NCBI GenBank assembly: GCA_036824005.1
Contig: DAITBA010000001.1
Span: 611,431-675,430, forward strand
Direction of reading: 5' to 3'
Length of the DNA: 64,000 nucleotides
DNA from: Rhodocyclaceae bacterium
GTDB lineage: Bacteria > Pseudomonadota > Gammaproteobacteria > Burkholderiales > Rhodocyclaceae
The notes under the pieces are model-generated. The model was not told the DNA's origin. It searched no databases and was given only the letters and a program-made list of their open reading frames with translations. Each line of letters begins with the position of its first letter. The first letter of the stretch is position 1. A program made the translations under genes and the position numbers. Of this stretch, positions 20,399-27,565 are shown piece after piece.

Positions 20399-20944
20399 AT
20401 GACCAAGTCGAGCCGCCAGGAAAGTCTCGTCATTACCGCCTCGGGCGAGGACCGCGTCGGCCTGGTGGACCAGTTCACCAGTCGCATCGTCGATGTCGGC
20501 TGCAACATTGAGGAAAGCCGCATGGCAGTGCTCGGCGGCCAGTTCGCGCTGATCATGCTGCTCACCGGCCGCTGGGATTCTCTGGCCAAGCTTGAAGGCC
20601 AGCTTGCCGAGATCGGCGAGCAACTCGGGCTCGCCATCATCCACAAGCGCACGCGCGAGCGCGAGGCCGGCAAACCGATGATTCCCTACCACGTCGAAGC
20701 GGTATCCGTGGACCATCCCGGCATCGTGCACGGGCTGTCCAGCTTCTTCGCCCATCGCGGCATCAACATCGAGCAACTGGACACCGACACCTATCCGGCG
20801 CCGCATTCGGGCACGCCCATGTTCTCCGTGCGCATGACCATCGGCATCCCCGCCGACAGCCACATTCCCAACCTGCGCAACGATTTCTTCGACCACTGCG
20901 ACGCCCTAAATCTCGACGCCACCTTTGAGCCGGCGCGCAGCTGA
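20399..20944 (+). CDS. Tandem ACT-domain protein (glycine cleavage system regulator GcvR-like)
   Basis: 181 aa with two ACT-like repeats (LVITASGEDRVGLVDQFTSRIVDVGCNIEE; VEAVSVDHPGIVHGLSSFFAHRGINIEQ). Confidence 0.75.
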   Translation: MTKSSRQESLVITASGEDRVGLVDQFTSRIVDVGCNIEESRMAVLGGQFALIMLLTGRWDSLAKLEGQLAEIGEQLGLAIIHKRTREREAGKPMIPYHVEAVSVDHPGIVHGLSSFFAHRGINIEQLDTDTYPAPHSGTPMFSVRMTIGIPADSHIPNLRNDFFDHCDALNLDATFEPARS

Positions 20945-21022
20945 AGCCGGCCGCGCGCCGGGGGGCGGTGCGTGGGGTAGACTTTGCCCGACTTCATTTC
21001 CCAACGACGAAGGGAGGCGAGT

Positions 21023-21940
21023 ATGGCGTTAGGATTTTCGCCGGCCGTGGCCGAAGGCGCCGGTCGGTTCGTCCGTTTTCTCGGCCGCGGTGTGTTGTTT
21101 CTGCTGGCTGTCATAGTCGGCCTCGCGTTGCTGTCGGGTACCATCGGTACCATCGACACCGGCAATGTCGGCGTGCGCACGACGCTGGGCGTCATCAACC
21201 CGGAGGAGATCGGGCCTGGTCTCTACCTGGCGGTGCCGGTCGTCTCGCGCGTGCAGGAGTTTTCCGCCAAGGAGATCGCCATCGATCTCAACGACCTGAC
21301 GCCCAAGGCCCGCGACAACCTGAGCCTGCGCGACATGGACATTACCGTCTATTACCGTGCTGCGCCCGACAGCATCGCCGAGCTGCAGACCAAGTACGCC
21401 GGCCAGTCCGTCGCAGCGCAGCCCGGCGGCTACTGGCTGCCAGCCTATGAACTGGTGTTCCGCGTCGCGCGCAACGTTGCCTACGAAGAGGTGGCGAAGA
21501 TCGACTCCCTGCTCATGCACACAAAGCGCGACGAGCTGGCCAGCGCCATCCAGGCAAACATGCAGGCGGAGCTGGCGCACAATGACAAAGGCGTGTTCAA
21601 CATCTCCCGCGTGGTAATCCGGGCGGTCGCGACTGATCCTTCCATCGAGAAAAGCATCCAGGAAGCGGTGGCGAACCAGAAGAAGCTGGAAGCCATGTCG
21701 GTGCAGACGGAGATTGCCAAGAAAGAAGCGCAGGTGCGCATTACCGAGGCGCAGGGCATTGCCGAGGCCAATCGCATCATCAGTGGCAGCCTGACGCGCG
21801 AGTACCTGCAGCACGAATCCAACCAGGCGTTGCTGGAATTCGCCAAGCGTGGCAATACCAACACCGTTGTCGTGCCCGCCAACATGGGCGGCATCGCGCC
21901 GCTGGTGAATATTCCCGCGGCGCCACGGGCGGCGCAATAG
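21023..21940 (+). CDS. SPFH/band-7 (prohibitin/stomatin-like) membrane protein
   Basis: ORF 20984..21940 trimmed to the Met preceded by gggagg. N-terminal TM, then GTIDTGNVGVRTTLGVI...; C-terminal coiled coil QKKLEAMSVQTEIAKKEAQVRITEAQGIAEA. Confidence 0.85.
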   Translation: MALGFSPAVAEGAGRFVRFLGRGVLFLLAVIVGLALLSGTIGTIDTGNVGVRTTLGVINPEEIGPGLYLAVPVVSRVQEFSAKEIAIDLNDLTPKARDNLSLRDMDITVYYRAAPDSIAELQTKYAGQSVAAQPGGYWLPAYELVFRVARNVAYEEVAKIDSLLMHTKRDELASAIQANMQAELAHNDKGVFNISRVVIRAVATDPSIEKSIQEAVANQKKLEAMSVQTEIAKKEAQVRITEAQGIAEANRIISGSLTREYLQHESNQALLEFAKRGNTNTVVVPANMGGIAPLVNIPAAPRAAQ

Positions 21941-22053
21941 CGCGGAAAGAGGATTCGATGGAGCGGTGCGTTCCACGGCGTCGCGATGCGTCGCCCCTGC
22001 TATGCATCACCCGGTGCGCGGATGACGCCGAGGCACCGCAAGACCATGACGTC

Positions 22054-23241
22054 ATGCGACGGTTCGCCCGTATTGCGATGGCGAATGCCATCATGGTTCC
22101 TTTGGCATTCTTGGGACGCCCGTTGTCCTTGTTGGTGCGAGCGTTTTGTGCCAGATCGTCCCTTGTGCTGTCGGTGGCGATTCTGGCTGCTGGATCATGG
22201 CTACCCGACGCCTTCGCTCGCCAGCAAGCCGCGCCACGCCTTGTCACCCCCCGCGCCGACCTTTCCCCCGAGGAGCGCGCCACCATCGATGTCTTCAAGC
22301 GCTCCAGCGCCTCCGTGGTGTACATCACCACGCTGCAGCGGGTCGTCAGTCCGTGGACGCGCAACGTGCGCGAGGTGCCGCGCGGCACCGGCTCCGGCTT
22401 CATCTGGGACGAGCAGGGTCACGTCGTCACCAATGCCCACGTCATTGCCGACGCGCAAGGAGCGATGGTGCGGCTCGCCGACCAGCAGGCATACCCGGCG
22501 CAGTTGGTGGGCGTAAGCGCCGAGCATGACCTGGCCGTGTTGCGCATCAGCGTTTCGGGCAGAAAGCCTCCGCCGCTGCCGCTGGGCACGAGTCGCGATC
22601 TGCAGGTGGGGCAGAAGGTCATCGCCATCGGCAATCCCTTCGGGCTGGACTACACCCTGACCACCGGCGTCGTTTCGGCGCTCAAGCGGTCCATTCCCAC
22701 CGAGGAAGGCGATCCCATCCACAACCTGATCCAGACCGACGCCGCCATCAATCCCGGCAACTCCGGCGGACCTCTGCTCGACAGCGCCGGCCGCCTCATC
22801 GGCGTTAATACCGCCATCTACAGTCCATCCGGCGCCAGCGCCGGCATCGGCTTCGCCGTGCCGGTGGACACGGTCAATCGCGTCGTGCCCGAGCTGATCG
22901 CCTTCGGAAGATACCAGCAGCCCAGTCTGGGCGTGGTAATCGAAGAGGGCGTCAGCCGCGCGGTCACCGCACAGATTGGCGTCAAGGGCTTGCTGGTGCT
23001 GGACGTGGAGCGCGGCTCGCCCGCCGCCGCCGCAGGCCTGCGCGGCGCGCGCATGGGACCCGACGGTACGATCGTGCCGGGAGATGTCATCGTCGCCGTC
23101 GACGGCATGTCGGTGGATAGCGCCGACGCGCTGGGACGGGTGCTCGAAGGCAAGCGGATCGGGGATCGGGTGACGGTGAGGCTGTGGCGGGAGGGGAAGG
23201 CGGTGGAGGTGCCGATGGTGTTGGCGGCGCGGCGGGGGTGA
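22054..23241 (+). CDS. S1C (DegP/HtrA-type) serine protease with one PDZ domain
   Basis: ORF 21958..23241; start uncertain (MRRFARIAM.. chosen). Catalytic triad context TNAHV / HDLAVL / GNSGGPLLD, and a C-terminal PDZ (GLLVLDVERGSPAAAAGLR..GDVIVAVDG). Confidence 0.87.
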   Translation: MRRFARIAMANAIMVPLAFLGRPLSLLVRAFCARSSLVLSVAILAAGSWLPDAFARQQAAPRLVTPRADLSPEERATIDVFKRSSASVVYITTLQRVVSPWTRNVREVPRGTGSGFIWDEQGHVVTNAHVIADAQGAMVRLADQQAYPAQLVGVSAEHDLAVLRISVSGRKPPPLPLGTSRDLQVGQKVIAIGNPFGLDYTLTTGVVSALKRSIPTEEGDPIHNLIQTDAAINPGNSGGPLLDSAGRLIGVNTAIYSPSGASAGIGFAVPVDTVNRVVPELIAFGRYQQPSLGVVIEEGVSRAVTAQIGVKGLLVLDVERGSPAAAAGLRGARMGPDGTIVPGDVIVAVDGMSVDSADALGRVLEGKRIGDRVTVRLWREGKAVEVPMVLAARRG

Positions 23242-23643
23242 TCTGGCGCTTCTCGTGGGTAAGAGGACAGACGCTTCCCCGGCCTGTTGCCCATCAGCGT
23301 GAAATCGCCGTGTGGAGGTTGCTGCCCGGATGCTACATTCAGGGCCTGTGAATCATTCGCTCACCCGCCTGAAGGATAGGGACCGCGCAGTGGTTGCCGC
23401 CGTGGGCGGCAAGAAATGTGTTTGGCATGATTGGGATCGCTACAAGCGGCTTACTCAACGAGCTTCCACGGTTTTTCCCCCTCACACCCCGATTCCGGGG
23501 AGCGTGGGCGCACCTGTCCCTGCCGCAAGCAACTGCGCGCACCTCTTGCTCACACCGAAGAAGGCGGAACCGGTCCCGCGGCCGATCATCGCGCTCTTGG
23601 CATGCTTCGGGGCGAGACCTTCGACGCGCAGCCGATGGCGTCG

Positions 23644-24075
23644 TCAGACCAGCGGATTCACCACCGGCAGCCGAGGAAACCGGCCGAAATCCCGATCGGC
23701 GGACCAGAGCGTACGCACGCCGTGCTGAAGACACAGCGCCGCGATGCGTGCATCATGCACCTGCGGGCCGGTCAGCCGCGCTGCGATGGTCAGGCTGCGC
23801 AGTTCCGACCAGTGGCGCTCCGACTCGGCGAGCAGCACGAGAGAGGGCGACTCCAGCCAGGCATCGATCTGGTCCAGCGCGAGATCGAGAGGCGTGGGCG
23901 GCGCATAGATGCGCGGATGGGTGACGATGGCGAAGAACTCATGCAGACAGGGCCAGGGAATCGCCCAGTGGGCGGGCTCGTTCGCCAACGACTCGATGCA
24001 TTGCGCGGCGCCGACGTGGAACTGGGAATCCTCGCGATGGGCGTAGACGAGCAGATTGGTATCGACGGCGATCAC
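23644..24075 (-). CDS. vapC: Type II toxin VapC (PIN domain)
   Basis: MIAVDTNLLVYAHREDSQFH..DARIAALCLQHGVRTLWSADRDF. Overlaps the upstream antitoxin gene by 4 nt. Confidence 0.85.
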   Translation of the reverse strand: MIAVDTNLLVYAHREDSQFHVGAAQCIESLANEPAHWAIPWPCLHEFFAIVTHPRIYAPPTPLDLALDQIDAWLESPSLVLLAESERHWSELRSLTIAARLTGPQVHDARIAALCLQHGVRTLWSADRDFGRFPRLPVVNPLV

Positions 24076-24317
24076 CCGCCGTGCCCTTCATAGGCCAGCT
24101 CGCGTATCCGGTCCCAGCTCGTGCCCTGCACGGCCGGCTGCAGGCCCTCGCCCTTGAAGCTTGCCCGGCGCAGGCGGAAGCTTGGCTGATGCTTCTTCTC
24201 TGCGATCACCTTGCGCAGCCCGGTCTCGACCAAGGCGCGCAAAGTCGTGCCCTCGCGAGCCGCCAGGCGCCGTGCCTGCTGGAGGAGGGGATCGGGAATC
24301 TCAATGGTGGTTTTCAT
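24072..24317 (-). CDS. vapB: Type II antitoxin (VapB-like)
   Basis: ORF 24072..24347 trimmed to MKTTIEIPDPLLQQARRLAAREGTTLRALVETGLRKVI. About 81 aa, translationally coupled to vapC. Confidence 0.7.
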   Translation of the reverse strand: MKTTIEIPDPLLQQARRLAAREGTTLRALVETGLRKVIAEKKHQPSFRLRRASFKGEGLQPAVQGTSWDRIRELAYEGHGG

Positions 24318-24462
24318 ACGGGGACCCATATTAGCCGAGATGGGCACCCATATAATAGGGCTACGACGAAATTCCGGTCAAGCACGGCCGGGCGCGCCCA
24401 CGAAGATGGGACCTCTTGCCGTCTTCGCGACCGAGTCTGCCCGCGCGGTATGATCCCCGCCC

Positions 24463-25209
24463 ATGGGATCGTCCCGCGCACTCATGGCTCTGCTCGTGCT
24501 GGCGCTCGCGGCCTGCGCGCCCTTGCCGCAGCGCGCGGGCATTCCGACGCTGTGGCAACCGTCGCCGAACGTCGACGAACGGCGGCCGAATTTCGTCATC
24601 ATCCACCACACGGGCAGCGATGCGGCGGAGCGGGCGCTGCGCACGCTTACCAGCGCGCAGAGCCGGGTCAGCGCCCACTACCTCATCGGCCGCGACGGCA
24701 CGATCTACCAGCTCGCCGACGAGCGGGCGCGGGCGTGGCATGCGGGCGAATCGTACTGGGGCGGCAATGCCGATCTCAACTCGTCGTCGCTGGGCATCGA
24801 GCTGGACAACAACGGCGAGGAGCCCTACACAGAGGCGCAGATCGGCGCCCTGCTCGAGCTGCTGGGCGACATCAAACGGCGTTACGGCATTCCCGCGGCG
24901 AATTTTCTCGGTCACGGTGATGTCGCGCCGCGGCGCAAGACCGATCCGAACCATCACTTTCCGTGGCGCCGGCTGGCCGTGCGGGGTTTCGGCCTCTGGT
25001 GCGATGCGAGCGGCATCGAAACGCCGGCGGCGCTCGATCCCGTGCTGGCACTGCAGGCGTTCGGCTATGACACGTCGAACGCGCCGGCAGCGATGGCGGC
25101 ATTCAGGCGGCATTTTTCCGAAAGTATCATGGATGCGGGACCGGCAACCGACTTGACGAATCAGGAGCGGGTGCTGCTGCACTGCCTGATCGAGCGCAAG
25201 CGGCAGTAA
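24463..25209 (+). CDS. N-acetylmuramoyl-L-alanine amidase (amidase_2/AmpD-AmiD type) lipoprotein
   Basis: Lipobox LALAAC near the N-terminus. Also VIIHHTGS, SAHYLIGRDGTIYQL, AWHAG, IELDN, GHGDVAPRRKTDP. Confidence 0.85.
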   Translation: MGSSRALMALLVLALAACAPLPQRAGIPTLWQPSPNVDERRPNFVIIHHTGSDAAERALRTLTSAQSRVSAHYLIGRDGTIYQLADERARAWHAGESYWGGNADLNSSSLGIELDNNGEEPYTEAQIGALLELLGDIKRRYGIPAANFLGHGDVAPRRKTDPNHHFPWRRLAVRGFGLWCDASGIETPAALDPVLALQAFGYDTSNAPAAMAAFRRHFSESIMDAGPATDLTNQERVLLHCLIERKRQ

Positions 25210-25242
25210 CGCGACGGGGATACAATGGGACGAAAGATCGAT

Positions 25243-25384
25243 CTCACCGCGGAGGACACAGAGGACACGGCGGACGCAGAGGAAAACCAGGAGTTGCGAA
25301 GAGCCGCTCGGTCACATCGTGCGAACGGTGAAGAAACGCTCCTTGCCGTTTCGCCTCCGCGTCCTCTGTGTCGTCCGCGGTGAG
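25243..25384. repeat. Intergenic palindromic element, copy C
   Basis: ctcaccgcggaggacacagaggacacggcggacgcagaggaaa ... tttcgcctccgcgtcctctgtgtcgtccgcggtgag. Terminal CTCACCGCGG/CCGCGGTGAG inverted repeats. Confidence 0.85.
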
Positions 25385-25412
25385 CTATCGCGATGCTTTG
25401 CGGAGCACAACG

Positions 25413-25748
25413 ATGAGGAAAAGAGCTTTCTGCCGTTTGACGGCCGGGCTTGCTGCCGCCGCGATCGCGGCGGCGGTCGTCGCGGCACCGCCTCCCGACG
25501 AGCCGATCACCGGCGACAAGGGCTCGGACATGCTGATCGACCTCGTGGTGATGCGTCCCATTGGACTGGTGACGACGGTGATCGGCGCAGCCGCCTTCGT
25601 CGTCGCGCTGCCCTTCACCGTGCCCACCGGCAGCGTCGAAGAATCAGCGCGCATGATGGTGGGTAAGCCCGCCGAGTACACCTTCAATCGTCCGCTGGGC
25701 GATTTCCATCGCTGCGGCGCCGATCGGCATCCCTGCGGCGGTCCGTAG
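25413..25748 (+). CDS. Hypothetical small membrane/exported protein
   Basis: ORF 25368..25748 trimmed to MRKRAFCRLTAGLAAAAIAAAVVA. Has a second hydrophobic segment LVVMRPIGLVTTVIGAAAFVVALPF. Its 3' end overlaps the convergent DMT gene. Confidence 0.5.
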   Translation: MRKRAFCRLTAGLAAAAIAAAVVAAPPPDEPITGDKGSDMLIDLVVMRPIGLVTTVIGAAAFVVALPFTVPTGSVEESARMMVGKPAEYTFNRPLGDFHRCGADRHPCGGP

Positions 25749-26649
25749 GCGTCGCCTCCTCTTCCCGGGACGCTGCGCGGGCGTTTGCGCGCAGCAGCAC
25801 AACGGCCAGTGCCAAGACGATCAGCAATGCCGCCCAGTAGTCCTCGGTGTGAGGAAGTTCGTCCACCAGCCAGACGGCGGAGGCCAGGCCGATGATCGGG
25901 ATGAACATGATCGAAAGCGCGCTCGCTACCGGCGGAAGACTGCGGGCGATGGAAAACCAGATGATCTGCGCCGCGCCATAGTTGATGGCGAAGCCATAGA
26001 CGAGCGCCGCCCACATGCCGGGCGAGAACGACCAGACGGGCGCCGGTTCGAACGCCCAGGCCAGTGCCCAGAACACCGGAACGGCCAGCCCGATCATCCA
26101 CACAGTCAGCGCTTCCGTGGTCACTGCCACGACGACCCGGCGCAACATTAGCGTGCCCAGAGCCCAGGCGCAGGCCGCGCTCAGCATCCACAAGGCGCCG
26201 ATGGGCTTGCCGGCAATCGTCGCCAATTCGTGGCGCAGCAGCAGGGCGACCGCCGCGGCCGAGCACGCCGTGCCGACCCAGTAGCGCGTCGTCATCTTCT
26301 CGCCGAACAACGCCACGCCCAGCAGCACGGTCCAGATCGGCATGGTGAAGCCGAGTATGGCGGCGCGCCCCGAGGCGAGCGCTTGCACGCCGAAGATGGA
26401 CAGCGCATGCCAGCCGAGCACGTTGGCGGCCGCCAGGACCAGCACGCGTGACAGATCGCGGCGCGGCATCGCCAGCGCGACACCGCGCGCCCGGTACCAG
26501 GCGATCAGCAGCAGCACGCCCCCGGTCATGGTGACGGCGCGGAAATAAAGCGGGGTCATCTCGCGCAGCGAGAACTTCATGATCGGCCAGTTTAGGCCCC
26601 AGAACAGCGTCAGCAGGGCCAACGCCGCGAATGAACGCGTCTTGAGCAT
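25684..26649 (-). CDS. DMT-superfamily (EamA-like) transporter
   Basis: 321 aa, about 10 hydrophobic segments, with the duplicated EamA pattern (FWGLNWPIMKF...). Confidence 0.85.
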   Translation of the reverse strand: MLKTRSFAALALLTLFWGLNWPIMKFSLREMTPLYFRAVTMTGGVLLLIAWYRARGVALAMPRRDLSRVLVLAAANVLGWHALSIFGVQALASGRAAILGFTMPIWTVLLGVALFGEKMTTRYWVGTACSAAAVALLLRHELATIAGKPIGALWMLSAACAWALGTLMLRRVVVAVTTEALTVWMIGLAVPVFWALAWAFEPAPVWSFSPGMWAALVYGFAINYGAAQIIWFSIARSLPPVASALSIMFIPIIGLASAVWLVDELPHTEDYWAALLIVLALAVVLLRANARAASREEEATPTDRRRDADRRRSDGNRPADD

Positions 26650-26801
26650 GGGGCGGTGGCAATGATCCGAGCCGTGCCATTATCGCCTCTACGCCGCGGT
26701 TGGATTTGAACTATAAATACATAAGGCGAAGGCGCGCCTACGCCGAGGTCTAGCCGCGGTGCCGCCGGCAGGTGGCGGCAATCACACGTCAGGAGCTCAC
26801 G

Positions 26802-27518
26802 ATGCGCAAATCGGAACTTGTCGTCATGGCAATCGCATGTTCCCTGGCCAGCCCGTCGCTGCTGGCGCAGACCGGTCTCAGGGTGTACCCCGGCGGCCAC
26901 GGTTCGGGATACGCGTCGGGCAACGACGGCGGCGCCGCGAGCTTGCCGTCACCGAGGCTAGCCGATGTGCGTATGATCGACCCCTACGCGCTGGCGGGAG
27001 CCGCCGGCGATGGCGCACGCATCGGCGGCTACGTGCCGACTGCGCCAGGCGCCGGATTCGCGGTCGGCTCGTTCAATCTCTACGACGGCCAGGCCAGCGG
27101 CATGTCGTTCGACCTGACGCCGGCTGGTCGCGCCGAAGCGGCGCCTGGTCCGGCGGGGCAGGAGTACGCACCCGGCAATTACTCGATCCAGGGCGATCTG
27201 TACAGGACCTACGGCCGCTTCGCCGCCTTCGGCAGCCTGGGCTGGAAGAAGCTGACCAGCGCGACGGGCCTGAATCTCGGCGATCCCCACTTCGGCTCCG
27301 TCGGCGGTCTGTACCGCTTCAGCGCCGACACCACGGGCGGGTTGAGCTACGACCGCGGCCAGAACGTTTTCTACAGCCGCAACTACGGCGGCGGGCTGAC
27401 CGCCTTTATGACCCACAAGCTCGGCCAAGGGTTAAAGCTGCAGGGCTACGTGCTCAAGGGGCTCGCCGAGGGCAGCCCCAACTGGGGCGCCGGCGCCCTG
27501 TTCAGCGTCGGTTTCTGA
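26802..27518 (+). CDS. Putative outer-membrane beta-barrel protein
   Basis: ORF 26772..27518 trimmed to MRKSELVVMAIACSLASPSLLAQ (signal peptide). Alternating Gly/aromatic strands and a C-terminal ..GAGALFSVGF ending in Phe. Confidence 0.6.
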   Translation: MRKSELVVMAIACSLASPSLLAQTGLRVYPGGHGSGYASGNDGGAASLPSPRLADVRMIDPYALAGAAGDGARIGGYVPTAPGAGFAVGSFNLYDGQASGMSFDLTPAGRAEAAPGPAGQEYAPGNYSIQGDLYRTYGRFAAFGSLGWKKLTSATGLNLGDPHFGSVGGLYRFSADTTGGLSYDRGQNVFYSRNYGGGLTAFMTHKLGQGLKLQGYVLKGLAEGSPNWGAGALFSVGF

Positions 27519-27565
27519 GACCGGGGCGGCCGCGCGGACGGCGGCTGCCCGGTGATGCGGTTGGC

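Noticed and set aside
25243-25384. Short-repeat arrays (here and in the other five copies) as possible CRISPR or tandem-repeat loci
   Set aside because: The units are only 8-9 nt with no spacers of constant length. The arrays occur as inverted pairs forming hairpins, and no cas genes are present. They were classified as REP/MITE-like palindromic elements instead.
26759-27565. N-terminal 269 codons of the 1244-aa track ORF (putA frame)
   Set aside because: This part overlaps the outer-membrane protein gene in another frame and is Arg/Gly-rich with no homology. PutA family similarity begins only after Met 27566. Similar spurious upstream extensions were trimmed for the carbonic anhydrase (to 6808), argS (to 19392), potD (from 38096), the arginase fusion (from 30297) and others.
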